The notes beneath the pieces are model-generated. The model was not told the DNA's origin. It saw nothing but the letters and a program-made list of their open reading frames with translations, and searched no databases. This document shows positions 11,901 through 27,099 of a DNA stretch of 64,000 nt, one piece after another. The first letter of the stretch is position 1; every line of letters begins with the position of its first letter. A program made the position numbers and the translations under genes. Origin of the DNA: Auanema rhodensis (lineage: Eukaryota; Animalia; Nematoda); assembly GCA_964057225.1 (NCBI GenBank), contig OZ059900.1:5084001-5148000 (forward strand), given 5' to 3'.

Positions 11901-14900
11901 CTTAATCCTTGAGGAAAGCTACAGCGCTGACAGATTCAATCAAGTTTAAAAAAAAAATTTTTTTTCAATTCAGATGTTGAAACTCTTTAAAAATGTGTAA
12001 TAAATGTTTTGAGAGTATCGTGAAAACAAGTTGGAAAAAAACTTTTTTTTGGACTTGGAAATTTTTTTTGGACTGTGAGCCATTCGCATGGCTTAATCCT
12101 TGAGGAAAGCTACAGCGCTGACAGATTCAATCAAGTTTAAAAAAAAAAATTTTTTTTCAATTCAGATGTTGAAACTCTTTAAAAATGTGTAATAAATGTT
12201 TTGAGAGTATCGTGAAAACAAGTTGGAAAAAAATTTTTTTTTGGACTGTGAGTCATTCGCATGGCTTAATCCTTGAGGAAAGCTACAGCGCTGACAGATT
12301 CAATCAAGTTTAAAAAAAAAAATTTTTTTTCAATTCAGATGTTGAAACTCTTTAAAAATGTGTAATAAATGTTTTGAGAGTATCGTGAAAACAAGTTGGA
12401 AAAAAATTTTTTTTTGGACTGTGAGTCATTCGCATGGCTTAATCCTTGAGAAAAGCTACAGCGCTGACAGATTCAATCAAGTTTAAAAATAAACTTTTTT
12501 TTTCAATTCAGATGTTGAAACTCTTTAAAAATGTGTAAAAAATGTTTTGAGAGTATCGTGAAAACAAGTTGGGAAAAAAATTTTTTTTTGGACTTGGAAA
12601 TTTTTTTTGGTCTGTGAGCCATTCGCATGGCTTAATCGTTGAGGAAAGCTACAGCGCTGACAGATTCAATCAAGTTTAAAAAAAAAATTTTTTTTAATTC
12701 AGATGTTCACACTCTTTGAAAATGTGTAATAAATGTTTTGAGAGTATCGTGAAAACAAGTTGGAAAAAAACTTTTTTTTGGACTTGGAAATTTTTTTTGG
12801 ACTGTGAGCCATTCGCATGGCTTAATCCTTGAGGAAAGCTACAGCGCTGACAGATTCAATCAAGTTTAAAAAAAAATTTTTTTTAATTCAGATGTTCACA
12901 CTCTTTGAAAATGTGTAATAAATGTTTTGAGAGTATCGTGAAAACAAGTTGGAAAAAAACTTTTTTTTGGACTTGGAAATTTTTTTTGGACTGTGAGCCA
13001 TTCGCATGGCTTAATCCTTGAGGAAAGCTACAGCGCTGACAGATTCAATCAAGTTTAAAAAAAAAAATTTTTTTTCAATTCAGATGTTGACACTCTTTGA
13101 AAATGTGTAATAAATGTTTTGAGAGTATCGTGAAAACAAGTTGGAAAAAAACTTTTTTTTGGACTTGGAAATTTTTTTTGGACTGTGAGCCATTCGCATG
13201 GCTTAATCCTTGAGGAAAGCTACAGCGCTGACAGATTCAATCAAGTTTAAAAAAAAATTTTTTTTAATTCAGATGTTCACACTCTTTGAAAATGTGTAAT
13301 AAATGTTTTGAGAGTATCGTGAAAACAAGTTGGAAAAAAACTTTTTTTTGGACTTGGAAATTTTTTTTGGACTGTGAGCCATTCGCATGGCTTAATCCTT
13401 GAGGAAAGCTACAGCGCTGACAGATTCAATCAAGTTTAAAAAAAAAATTTTTTTTTCAATTCAGATGTTGACACTCTTTGAAAATGTGTAATAAATGTTT
13501 TGAGAGTATCGTGAAAACAAGTTGGAAAAAAACTTTTTTTTGGACTTGGAAATTTTTTTTGGACTGTGAGCCATTCGCATGGCTTAATCCTTGAGGAAAG
13601 CTACAGCGCTGACAGATTCAATCAAGTTTAAAAAAAAATTTTTTTTCAATTCAGATGTTGACACTCTTTGAAAATGTGTAATAAATGTTTTGAGAGTATC
13701 GTGAAAACAAGTTGGAAAAAAACTTTTTTTTGGACTTGGAAATTTTTTTTGGTCTGTGAGCCTTTCGCATGGCTTAATCCTTGAGGAAAGCTACAGCGCT
13801 GACAGATTCAATCAAGTTTAAAAAAAAAATTTTTTTTCAATTCAGATGTTGAAACTCTTTAAAAATGTGTAATAAATGTTTTGAGAGTATCGTGAAAACA
13901 AGTTGGAAAAAAACTTTTTTTTGGACTTGGAAATTTTTTTTGGACTGTGAGCCATTCGCATGGCTTAATCCTTGAGGAAAGCTACAGCGCTGACAGATTC
14001 AATCAAGTTTAAAAAAAAATTTTTTTTCAATTCAGATGTTGACACTCTTTGAAAATGTGTAATAAATGTTTTGAGAGTATCGTGAAAACAAGTTGGAAAA
14101 AAACTTTTTTTTGGACTTGGAAATTTTTTTTGGACTGTGAGCCATTCGCATGGCTTAATCCTTGAGGAAAGCTACAGCGCTGACAGATTCAATCAAGTTT
14201 AAAAAAAAATTTTTTTTCAATTCAGATTTTGACACTCTTTGAAAATGTGTAATAAATGTTTTGAGAGTATCGTGAAAACAAGTTGGAAAAAAACTTTTTT
14301 TTGGACTTGGAAATTTTTTTTGGACTGTGAGCCATTCGCATGGCTTAATCCTTGAGGAAAGCTACAGCGCTGACAGATTCAATCAAGTTTTAAAAAAAAA
14401 TTTTTTTTTCAATTCAGATGTTGAAACTCTTTAAAAATGTGTAATAAATGTTTTGAGAGTATCGTGAAAACAAGTTGGAAAAAAATTTTTTGTTGGACTG
14501 TGAGTCATTCGCATGGCTTAATCCTTGAGGAAAGCTACAGCGCTGACAGATTCAATCAAGTTTAAAAAAAAAAATTTTTTTTTCAATTCAGATGTTGAAA
14601 CTCTTTAAAAATGTGTCATAAATGTTTTGAGAGTATCGTGAAAACAAGTTGGAAAAAAATTTTTTTTTGGACTTGGAAATTTTTTTTGGTCTGTGAGCCT
14701 TTCGCATGGCTTAATCCTTGAGGAAAGCTACAGCGCTGACAGATTCAATCAAGTTTAAAAAAAAAATTTTTTTTCAATTCAGATGTTGAAACTCTTTAAA
14801 AATGTGTAATAAATGTTTTGAGAGTATCGTGAAAACAAGTTGGAAAAAAACTTTTTTTTGGACTTGGAAATTTTTTTTGGACTGTGAGCCATTCGCATGG

Positions 14901-17900
14901 CTTAATCCTTGAGGAAAGCTACAGCGCTGACAGATTCAATCAAGTTTAAAAAAAAAATTTTTTTTCAATTCAGATGTTGAAACTCTTTAAAAATGTGTAA
15001 TAAATGTTTTGAGAGTATCGTGAAAACAAGTTGGAAAAAAATTTTTTTTTGGACTGTGAGTCATTCGCATGGCTTAATCCTTGAGGAAAGCTACAGCGCT
15101 GACAGATTCAATCAAGTTTAAAAATAAACTTTTTTTTTCAATTCAGATGTTGAAACTCTTTAAAAATGTGTAAAAAATGTTTTGAGAGTATCGTGAAAAC
15201 AAGTTGGGAAAAAAATTTTTTTTTGGACTTGGAAATTTTTTTTGGTCTGTGAGCCATTCGCATGGCTTAATCGTTGAGGAAAGCTACAGCGCTGACAGAT
15301 TCAATCAAGTTTAAAAAAAAAATTTTTTTTAATTCAGATGTTCACACTCTTTGAAAATGTGTAATAAATGTTTTGAGAGTATCGTGAAAACAAGTTAGAA
15401 AAAAACTTTTTTTTGGACTTGGAAATTTTTTTTGGACTGTGAGCCATTCGCATGGCTTAATCCTTTAGGAAAGCTACAGCGCTGACAGATTCAATCAAGT
15501 TTAAAAAAAAAATTTTTTTAAATTCAGATGTTCACACTCTTTGAAAATGTGTAATAAATGTTTTGAGAGTATCGTGAAAACAAGTTGGAAAAAAACTTTT
15601 TTTTGGACTTGGAAATTTTTTTTGGACTGTGAGCCATTCGCATGGCTTAATCCTTGAGGAAAGCTACAGCGCTGACAGATTCAATCAAGTTTAAAAAAAA
15701 AATTTTTTTTAATTCAGATGTTGACACTCTTTGAAAATGTGTAATAAATGTTTTGAGAGTATCGTGAAAACAAGTTGGAAAAAACTTTTTTTTGGACTTG
15801 GAAATTTTTTTTGGACTGTGAGCCATTCGCATGGCTTAATCCTTGAGGAAAGCTACAGCGCTGACAGATTCAATCAAGTTTAAAAAAAAATTTTTTTTTC
15901 AATTCAGATGTTGAAACTCTTTAAAAATGTGTAATAAATGTTTTGAGAGTATCGTGAAAACAAGTTGGAAAAAAATTTTTTTTGGACTGTGAGTCATTCG
16001 CATGGCTTAATCCTTGAGGAAAGCTACAGCGCTGACAGATTCAATCAAGTTTAAAAATAAATTTTTTTTTTCAATTCAGATGTTGAAACTCTTTAAAAAT
16101 GTGTAAAAAATGTTTTGAGAGTATCGTGAAAACAAGTTGGAAAAAAATTTTTTTGGGACTTGGAAATTTTTTTTGGTCTGTGAGCCATTCGTATGGCTTA
16201 ATCCTTGAGGAAAGCTACAGCGCTGACAGATTCAATCAAGTTTAAAAAAAAATTTTTTTTTTCAATTCAGATGTTGAAACTCTTTAAGAATGTGTAAAAA
16301 ATGTTTTGAGAGTATCGTGAAAACAAGTTGGAAAAAAATTTTTTTTTGGACTTGGAAATTTTTTTTGGTCTGTGAGCCTTTCGCATGGCTTAATCCTTGA
16401 GGAAAGCTACAGCGCTGACAGATTCAATCAAGTTTAAAAAAAAAATTTTTTTTCAATTCAGATGTTGAAACTCTTTAAAAATGTGTAATAAATGTTTTGA
16501 GAGTATCGTGAAAACAAGTTGGAAAAAAACTTTTTTTTGGACTTGGAAATTTTTTTTGGACTGTGAGCCATTCGCATGGCTTAATCCTTGAGGAAAGCTA
16601 CAGCGCTGACAGATTCAATCAAGTTTAAAAAAAAATTTTTTTTCAATTCAGATGTTGACACTCTTTGAAAATGTGTAATAAATGTTTTGAGAGTATCGTG
16701 AAAACAAGTTGGAAAAAAACTTTTTTTTGGACTTGGAAATTTTTTTTGGACTGTGAGCCATTCGCATGGCTTAATCCTTGAGGAAAGCTACAGCGCTGAC
16801 AGATTCAATCAAGTTTAAAAAAAAATTTTTTTTCAATTCAGATGTTGACACTCTTTGAAAATGTGTAATAAATGTTTTGAGAGTATCGTGAAAACAAGTT
16901 GGAAAAAAACTTTTTTTTGGACTTGGAAATTTTTTTTGGACTGTGAGCCATTCGCATGGCTTAATCCTTGAGGAAAGCTACAGCGCTGACAGATTCAATC
17001 AAGTTTAAAAAAAAAATTTTTTTTTCAATTCAGATGTTGAAACTCTTTAAAAATGTGTAATAAATGTTTTGAGAGTATCGTGAAAACAAGTTGGAAAAAA
17101 ATTTTTTTTTGGACTGTGAGTCATTCGCATGGCTTAATCCTTGAGGAAAGCTACAGCGCTGACAGATTCAATCAAGTTTTAAAAAAAAATTTTTTTTTCA
17201 ATTCAGATGTTGAAACTCTTTAAAAATGTGTCATAAATGTTTTGATAGTATCGTGAAAACAAGTTGGAAAAAAAATTTTTTTTGGACTTGGAAATTTTTT
17301 TTGGACTGTGAGCCATTCGCATGGCTTAATCCTTGAGGAGAGCTACAGCGCTGACAGATTCAATCAAGTTTAAAAAAAAAAATTTTTTTTTCAATTCAGA
17401 TGTTGAAACTCTTTAAAAATGTGTAATAAATGTTTTGAGAGTATCGTGAAAACAAGTTGGAAAAAAATTTTTTTTTGGACTGTGAGTCATTCGCATGGCT
17501 TAATCGTTGAGGAAAGCTACAGCGCTGACAGATTCAATCAAGTTTAAAAAAAAAATTTTTTTTAATTCAGATGTTCACACTCTTTGAAAATGTGTAATAA
17601 ATGTTTTGAGAGTATCGTGAAAACAAGTTGGAAAAAAACTTTTTTTTGGACTTGGAAATTTTTTTTGGACTGTGAGCCATTCGCATGGCTTAATCCTTTA
17701 GGAAAGCTACAGCGCTGACAGATTCAATCAAGTTTAAAAAAAAAATTTTTTTTAATTCAGATGTTCACACTCTTTGAAAATGTGTAATAAATGTTTTGAG
17801 AGTATCGTGAAAACAAGTTGGAAAAAAACTTTTTTTTGGACTTGGAAATTTTTTTTGGACTGTGAGCCATTCGCATGGCTTAATCCTTGAGGAAAGCTAC

Positions 17901-20900
17901 AGCGCTGACAGATTCAATCAAGTTTAAAAAAAAATTTTTTTTTAATTCAGATGTTGACACTCTTTGAAAATGTGTAATAAATGTTTTGAGAGTATCGTGA
18001 AAACAAGTTGGAAAAAACTTTTTTTTGGACTTGGAAATTTTTTTTGGACTGTGAGCCATTCGCATGGCTTAATCCTTGAGGAAAGCTACAGCGCTGACAG
18101 ATTCAATCAAGTTTAAAAAAAAATTTTTTTTTCAATTCAGATGTTGAAACTCTTTAAAAATGTGTAATAAATGTTTTGAGAGTATCGTGAAAACAAGTTG
18201 GAAAAAAATTTTTTTTGGACTGTGAGTCATTCGCATGGCTTAATCCTTGAGGAAAGCTACAGCGCTGACAGATTCAATCAAGTTTAAAAATAAATTTTTT
18301 TTTTCAATTCAGATGTTGAAACTCTTTAAAAATGTGTAAAAAATGTTTTGAGAGTATCGTGAAAACAAGTTGGAAAAAAATTTTTTTGGGACTTGGAAAT
18401 TTTTTTTGGTCTGTGAGCCATTCGTATGGCTTAATCCTTGAGGAAAGCTACAGCGCTGACAGATTCAATCAAGTTTAAAAAAAAATTTTTTTTTTCAATT
18501 CAGATGTTGAAACTCTTTAAGAATGTGTAAAAAATGTTTTGAAAGTATCGTGAAAACAAGTTGGAAAAAAATTTTTTTTTGGTCTGTGAGCCTTTCGCAT
18601 GGCTTAATCCTTGAGGAAAGCTACAGCGCTGACAGATTCAATCAAGTTTAAAAAAAAAATTTTTTTTCAATTCAGATGTTGAAACTCTTTAAAAATGTGT
18701 AAAAAATGTTTTGAGAGTATCGTAAAAACAAGTTGGAAAAAAATTTTTTTTTGGACTTGGAAATTTTTTTTGGTCTGTGAGCCATTCGCATGGCTTAATC
18801 GTTGAGGAGAGCTACAGCGCTGACAGATTCAATCAAGTTTAAAAAAAAATTTTTTTTTCAATTGAGATGTTGAAACTCTTTAAAAATGTGTAAAAAATGT
18901 TTTGAGAGTATCGTAAAAACAAGTTGGAAAAATTTTTTTTTGGACTTGGAAATTTTTTTTGGTCTGTGAGCCATTCGCATGGCTTAATCCTTGAGGAAAG
19001 CTACAGCGCTGACAGATTCAATCAAGTTTAAAAAAAAATTTTTTTTTCAATTGAGATGTTGAAACTCTTTAAAAATGTGTAAAAAATGTTTTGAGAGTAT
19101 CGTGAAAACAAGTTGGGAAAAAAATTTTTTTGGGACTTGAAAATTTTTTTTGGACTGTGAGCCATTCGCATGGCTTAATCCTTGAGGAAAACTACAGCGC
19201 TGACAGATTCAATCAAGTTTAAAAAAAAATTTTTTTTTTTCAATTCAGATGTTGAAACTCTTTAAAAATGTGTAAAAAATGTTTTGAGAGTATCGTGAAA
19301 ACAAGTTGGGAAAAAAATTTTTTTGGGACTTGGAAATTTTTTTTGGTCTGTGAGCCATTCGTATGGCTTAATCCTTGAGGAAAGCTACAGCGCTGACAGA
19401 TTCAATCAAGTTTAAAAAAAAATTTTTTTTTCAATTGAGATGTTGAAACTCTTTAAAAATGTGTAAAAAATATTTTGAGAGTATCGTAAAAACAAGTTGG
19501 AAAAAAATTTTTTTTTGGACTTGGAAATTTTTTTTGGACTGTGAGCCATTCGCATGGCTTAATCGTTGAGGAGAGCTACAGCGCTGACAGATTCAATCAA
19601 GTTTAAAAAAAAATTTTTTTTTCAATTGAGATGTTGAAACTGTTTAAAAATGTGTAATAAATGTTTTGAGAGTATCGTGAAAACAAGTTGGAAAAAAATT
19701 TTTTTTTGGTCTGTGAGCCATTCGCATGGGTTAATCGTTGAGGAAAGCTACAGCGCTGACAGATTCAATCAAGTTTAAAAAAAAATTTTTTTTTTCAATT
19801 CAGATGTTGAAACTCTTTAAAAATGTGTAAAAAATGTTTTGAGAGTATCGTGAAAACAAGTTGGGAAAAAAATTTTTTTGGGACTTGAAAATTTTTTTTG
19901 GACTGTGAGCCATTCGCATGGCTTAATCCTTGAGGAAAACTACAGCGCTGACAGATTCAATCAAGTTTAAAAAAAAATTTTTTTTTTTCAATTCAGATGT
20001 TGAAACTCTTTAAAAATGTGTAAAAAATGTTTTGAGAGTATCGTGAAAACAAGTTGGGAAAAACATTTTTTTGGGACTTGGAAATTTTTTTTGGTCTGTG
20101 AGCCATTCGTATGGCTTAATCCTTGAGGAAAGCTACAGCGCTGACAGATTCAATCAAGTTTAAAAAAAAATTTTTTTTTTTCAATTCAGATGTTGAAACT
20201 CTTTAAAAATGTGTAAAAAATGTTTTGAGAGTATCGTGAAAACAAGTTGGGAAAAAAATTTTTTTGGGACTTGGAAATTTTTTTTGGTCTGTGAGCCATT
20301 CGTATGGCTTAATCCTTGAGGAAAGCTACAGCGCTGACAGATTCAATCAAGTTTAAAAAAAAAATTTTTTTTTCAATTCAGATGTTGAAACTCTTTAAAA
20401 ATGTGTAAAAAATGTTTTGAGAGTATCGTGAAAACAAGTTGGGAAAAAAATTTTTTTGGGACTTGAAAATTTTTTTTGGACTGTGAGCCATTCGCATGGC
20501 TTAATCCTTGAGGAAAACTACAGCGCTGACAGATTCAATCAAGTTTAAAAAAAAATTTTTTTTTTTCAATTCAGATGTTGAAACTCTTTAAAAATGTGTA
20601 AAAAATGTTTTGAGAGTATCGTGAAAACAAGTTGGGAAAAAAATTTTTTTGGGACTTGGAAATTTTTTTTGGTCTGTGAGCCATTCGTATGGCTTAATCC
20701 TTGAGGAAAGCTACAGCGCTGACAGATTCAATCAAGTTTAAAAAAAAATTTTTTTTTTTCAATTCAGATGTTGAAACTCTTTAAAAATGTGTAAAAAATG
20801 TTTTGAGAGTATCGTGAAAACAAGTTGGGAAAAAAATTTTTTTGGGACTTGGAAATTTTTTTTGGTCTGTGAGCCATTCGTATGGCTTAATCCTTGAGGA

Positions 20901-23900
20901 AAGCTACAGCGCTGACAGATTCAATCAAGTTTAAAAAAAAATTTTTTTTTCAATTCAGATGTTGAAACTCTTTAAAAATGTGTAATAAATGTTTTGAGAG
21001 TATCGTGAAAACAAGTTGGAAAAAAATTTTTTTGGGACTTGGAAATTTTTTTTGGTCTGTGAGCCATTCGCATGGCTTAATCCTTGAGGAAAGCTACAGC
21101 GCTGACAGATTCAATCAAGTTTAAAAAAAAAAATTTTTTTTTCAATTGAGATGTTGAAACTCTTTAAAAATGTGTAATAAATGTTTTGAGAGTATCGTGA
21201 AAACAAGTTGGAAAAAAATTTTTTTTTGGACTGTGAGCCATTCGCATGGCTTAATCCTTGAGGAAAGCTACAGCGCTGACAGATTCAATCAAGTTTAAAA
21301 AAAAATTTTTTTTCAATTCAGATGGTGAAACTCTTTAAAAATGTGTAATAAATGTTTTGAGAGTATCGTGAAAACAAGTTGGAAAAAAAACTTTTTTTTG
21401 GACTTGGAAATTTTTTTTGGACTGTGAGCCATTCGCATGGCTTAATCCTTGAGGAAAGCTACAGCGCTGACAGATTCAATCAAGTTTAAAAAAAAAATTT
21501 TTTTTTCAATTCAGATGTTGAAACTCTTTAAAAATGTGTAATAAATGTTTTGAGAGTATCGTGAAAACAAGTTGGGAAAAAAATTTTTTTGGGACTTGGA
21601 AATTTTTTTTGGTCTGTGAGCCATTCGCATGGCTTAATCCTTGAGGAAAGCTACAGCGCTGACAGATTCAATCAAGTTTAAAAAAAAAATTTTTTTTTCA
21701 ATTGAGATGTTGAAACTCTTTAAAAATGTGTAAAAAATGTTTTGAGAGTATCGTAAAAACAAGTTGGAAAAAAATTTTTTTTTGGACTTGGAAATTTTTT
21801 TTGGACTGTGAGCCATTCGCATGGCTTAATCGTTGAGGAGAGCTACAGCGCTGACAGATTCAATCAAGTTTAAAAAAAAATTTTTTTTTCAATTGAGATG
21901 TTGAAACTCTTTAAAAATGTGTAATAAATGTTTTGAGAGTATCGTGAAAACAAGTTGGAAAAAAATTTTTTTTTGGTCTGTGAGCCATTCGCATGGGTTA
22001 ATCGTTGAGGAGAGCTACAGCGCTGACAGATTCAATCAAGTTTAAAAAAAAATTTTTTTTTTCAATTCAGATGTTGAAACTCTTTAAAAATGTGTAATAA
22101 ATGTTTTGAGAGTATCGTGAAAACAAGTTGGAAAAAAATTTTTTTGGGACTTGGAAATTTTTTTTGGTCTGTGAGCCATTCGTATGGCTTAATCCTTGAG
22201 GAAAGCTACAGCGCTGACAGATTCAATCAAGTTTAAAAAAAAAATTTTTTTTTCAATTCAGATGTTGAAACTCTTTAAAAATGTGTAATAAATGTTTTGA
22301 GAGTATCGTGAAAACAAGTTGGGAAAAAAATTTTTTTGGGACTTGGAAATTTTTTTTGGTCTGTGAGCCATTCGCATGGCTTAATCCTTGAGGAAAGCTA
22401 CAGCGCTGACAGATTCAATCAAGTTTAAAAAAAAAAATTTTTTTTTCAATTGAGATGTTGAAACTCTTTAAAAATGTGTAATAAATGTTTTGAGAGTATC
22501 GTGAAAACAAGTTGGAAAAAATTTTTTTTTTGGACTGTGAGCCATTCGCATGGCTTAATCCTTGAGGGAAGCTACAGCGCTGACAGATTCAATCAAGTTT
22601 TAAAAAAAAAATTTTTTTTTCAATTGAGATGTTGAAACTCTTTAAAAATGTGTAATAAATGTTTTGAGAGTATCGTGAAAACAAGTTGGAAAAAAATTTT
22701 TTTGGGACTTGGAAATTTTTTTTGGACTGTGAGCCATTCGCATGGCTTAATCCTTGAGGAAAGCTACAGCGCTGACAGATTCAATCAAGTTTAAAAAAAA
22801 AATTTTTTTTTCAATTCAGATGTTGAAACTCTTTAAAAATGTGTAATAAATGTTTTGAGAGTATCGTGAAAACAAGTTGGGAAAAAAATTTTTTTGGGAC
22901 TTGGAAATTTTTTTTGGTCTGTGAGCCATTCGCATGGCTTAATCCTTGAGGAAAGCTACAGCGCTGACAGATTCAATCAAGTTTAAAAAAAAAAATTTTT
23001 TTTTCAATTGAGATGTTGAAACTCTTTAAAAATGTGTAATAAATGTTTTGAGAGTATCGTGAAAACAAGTTGGAAAAAAATTTTTTTTTGGACTGTGAGC
23101 CATTCGCATGGCTTAATCCTTGAGGAAAGCTACAGCGCTGACAGATTCAATCAAGTTTTAAAAAAAAAATTTTTTTTTCACTTGAGATGTTGAAACTCTT
23201 TAAAAATGTGTAATAAATGTTTTGAGAGTATCGTGAAGACAAGTTGGAAAAAAATTTTTTTGGGACTTGGAAATTTTTTTTGGACTGTGAGCCATTCGCA
23301 TGGCTTAATCCTTGAGGAAAGCTACAGCGCTGACAGATTCAATCAAGTTTAAAAAAAATTTTTTTTTTTCAATTCAGATGTTGAAACTCTTTAAAAATGT
23401 GTAATAAATGTTTTGAGAGTATCGTGAAAACAAGTTGGAAAAAAATTTTTTTTTGGACTGTGAGCCATTCGCATGGCTTAATCCTTGAGGAAAGCTACAG
23501 CGCTGACAGATTCAATCAAGTTTAAAAAAAAATTTTTTTTCAATTCAGATGGTGAAACTCTTTAAAAATGTGTAATAAATGTTTTGAGAGTATCGTGAAA
23601 ACAAGTTGGAAAAAAATTTTTTTGGGACTTGGAAATTTTTTTTGGTCTGTGAGCCATTCGCATGGCTTAATCCTTGAGGAAAGCTACAGCGCTGACAGAT
23701 TCAATCAAGTTTAAAAAAAAAAATTTTTTTTTCAATTGAGATGTTGAAACTCTTTAAAAATGTGTAATAAATGTTTTGAGAGTATCGTGAAAACAAGTTG
23801 GAAAAAAATTTTTTTTTGGACTGTGAGCCATTCGCATGGCTTAATCCTTGAGGAAAGCTACAGCGCTGACAGATTCAATCAAGTTTAAAAAAAAATTTTT

Positions 23901-26900
23901 TTTCAATTCAGATGGTGAAACTCTTTAAAAATGTGTAATAAATGTTTTGAGAGTATCGTGAAAACAAGTTGGAAAAAAAACTTTTTTTTGGACTTGGAAA
24001 TTTTTTTTGGACTGTGAGCCATTCGCATGGCTTAATCCTTGAGGAAAGCTACAGCGCTGACAGATTCAATCAAGTTTAAAAAAAAAATTTTTTTTTCAAT
24101 TCAGATGTTGAAACTCTTTAAAAATGTGTAATAAATGTTTTGAGAGTATCGTGAAAACAAGTTGGGAAAAAAATTTTTTTGGGACTTGGAAATTTTTTTT
24201 GGTCTGTGAGCCATTCGCATGGCTTAATCCTTGAGGAAAGCTACAGCGCTGACAGATTCAATCAAGTTTAAAAAAAAATTTTTTTTTCAATTGAGATGTT
24301 GAAACTCTTTAAAAATGTGTAAAAAATGTTTTGAGAGTATCGTAAAAACAAGTTGGAAAAAAATTTTTTTTTGGACTTGGAAATTTTTTTTGGACTGTGA
24401 GCCATTCGCATGGCTTAATCGTTGAGGAGAGCTACAGCGCTGACAGATTCAATCAAGTTTAAAAAAAAATTTTTTTTTCAATTGAGATGTTGAAACTCTT
24501 TAAAAATGTGTAATAAATGTTTTGAGAGTATCGTGAAAACAAGTTGGAAAAAAATTTTTTTTTGGTCTGTGAGCCATTCGCATGGGTTAATCGTTGAGGA
24601 GAGCTACAGCGCTGACAGATTCAATCAAGTTTAAAAAAAAATTTTTTTTTTCAATTCAGATGTTGAAACTCTTTAAAAATGTGTAATAAATGTTTTGAGA
24701 GTATCGTGAAAACAAGTTGGAAAAAAATTTTTTTGGGACTTGGAAATTTTTTTTGGTCTGTGAGCCATTCGTATGGCTTAATCCTTGAGGAAAGCTACAG
24801 CGCTGACAGATTCAATCAAGTTTAAAAAAAAAATTTTTTTTTCAATTGAGATGTTGAAACTCTTTAAAAATGTGTAATAAATGTTTTGAGAGTATCGTGA
24901 AAACAAGTTGGAAAAAAATTTTTTTGGGACTTGGAAATTTTTTTTGGTCTGTGAGCCATTCGCATGGCTTAATCCTTGAGGAAAGCTACAGCGCTGACAG
25001 ATTCAATCAAGTTTAAAAAAAAAATTTTTTTTTCAATTGAGATGTTGAAACTCTTTAAAAATGTGTAATAAATGTTTTGAGAGTATCGTGAAAACAAGTT
25101 GGAAAAAATTTTTTTGGGACTTGGAAATTTTTTTTGGTCTGTGAGCCATTCGCATGGCTTAATCGTTGAGGAGAGCTACAGCGCTGACAGATTCAATCAA
25201 GTTTAAAAAAAAATTTTTTTTTCAATTGAGATGTTGAAACTCTTTAAAAATGTGTAATAAATGTTTTGAGAGTATCGTGAAAACAAGTTGGAAAAAAATT
25301 TTTTTTTGGTCTGTGAGCCATTCGCATGGGTTAATCGTTGAGGAGAGCTACAGCGCTGACAGATTCAATCAAGTTTAAAAAAAAATTTTTTTTTTCAATT
25401 CAGATGTTGAAACTCTTTAAAAATGTGTAATAAATGTTTTGAGAGTATCGTGAAAACAAGTTGGAAAAAAATTTTTTTGGGACTTGGAAATTTTTTTTGG
25501 TCTGTGAGCCATTCGTATGGCTTAATCCTTGAGGAAAGCTACAGCGCTGACAGATTCAATCAAGTTTAAAAAAAAAATTTTTTTTTCAATTGAGATGTTG
25601 AAACTCTTTAAAAATGTGTAATAAATGTTTTGAGAGTATCGTGAAAACAAGTTGGAAAAAAATTTTTTTGGGACTTGGAAATTTTTTTTGGTCTGTGAGC
25701 CATTCGCATGGCTTAATCCTTGAGGAAAGCTACAGCGCTGACAGATTCAATCAAGTTTAAAAAAAAAAATTTTTTTTTCAATTGAGATGTTGAAACTCTT
25801 TAAAAATGTGTAATAAATGTTTTGAGAGTATCGTGAAAACAAGTTGGAAAAAATTTTTTTGGGACTTGGAAATTTTTTTTGGTCTGTGAGCCATTCGCAT
25901 GGCTTAATCCTTGAGGAAAGCTACAGCGCTGACAGATTCAATCAAGTTTAAAAAAAAAAATTTTTTTTTCAATTGAGATGTTGAAACTCTTTAAAAATGT
26001 GTAATAAATGTTTTGAGAGTATCGTGAAAACAAGTTGGAAAAAAATTTTTTTTTGGACTGTGAGCCATTCGCATGGCTTAATCCTTGAGGAAAGCTACAG
26101 CGCTGACAGATTCAATCAAGTTTTAAAAAAAAAATTTTTTTTTCACTTGAGATGTTGAAACTCTTTAAAAATGTGTAATAAATGTTTTGAGAGTATCGTG
26201 AAGACAAGTTGGAAAAAAATTTTTTTGGGACTTGGAAATTTTTTTTGGACTGTGAGCCATTCGCATGGCTTAATCCTTGAGGAAAGCTACAGCGCTGACA
26301 GATTCAATCAAGTTTAAAAAAAATTTTTTTTTTTCAATTCAGATGTTGAAACTCTTTAAAAATGTGTAATAAATGTTTTGAGAGTATCGTGAAAACAAGT
26401 TGGAAAAAAATTTTTTTTTGGACTGTGAGCCATTCGCATGGCTTAATCCTTGAGGAAAGCTACAGCGCTGACAGATTCAATCAAGTTTAAAAAAAATTTT
26501 TTTTTCAATTCAGATGGTGAAACTCTTTAAAAATGTGTAATAAATGTTTTGAGAGTATCGTGAAAACAAGTTGGAAAAAAACTTTTTTTTGGACTTGGAA
26601 ATTTTTTTTGGACTGTGAGCCATTCGCATGGCTTAATCCTTGAGGAAAGCTACAGCGCTGACAGATTCAATCAAGTTTAAAAAAAAAATTTTTTTTTCAA
26701 TTCAGATGTTGAAACTCTTTAAAAATGTGTAATAAATGTTTTGAGAGTATCGTGAAAACAAGTTGGAAAAAAATTTTTTTGGGACTTGGAAATTTTTTTT
26801 GGACTGTGAGCCATTCGCATGGCTTAATCCTTGAGGAAAGCTACAGCGCTGACAGATTCAATCAAGTTTAAAAAAAAATTTTTTTTTTCAATTCAGATGT

Positions 26901-27099
26901 TGAAACTCTTTAAAAATGTGTAATAAATGTTTTGAGAGTATCGTGAAAACAAGTTGGAAAAAAATTTTTTTTTGGACTGTGAGCCATTCGCATGGCTTAA
27001 TCCTTGAGGAAAGCTACAGCGCTGACAGATTCAATCAAGTTTAAAAAAAAATTTTTTTTCAATTCAGATGGTGAAACTCTTTAAAAATGTGTAATAAAT

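Larger units (their letters stand above)
1..18600. repeat. Variant domain A: mostly long monomers, with gacactctttgaaa, gagcctttc and gagtcatt variants
   Basis: gacactctttg is abundant up to ~17960, then not seen again until ~36650. The domain boundary is approximate. Confidence 0.8.

Noticed and set aside
15647-15832. 61-aa minus-strand ORF, with near-identical copies at 17880-18065 and 21634-21822
   Set aside because: It is a one-monomer read-through opened by homopolymer length. It is K/F-rich because of the A/T tracts and is frameshifted in nearly all other monomers.
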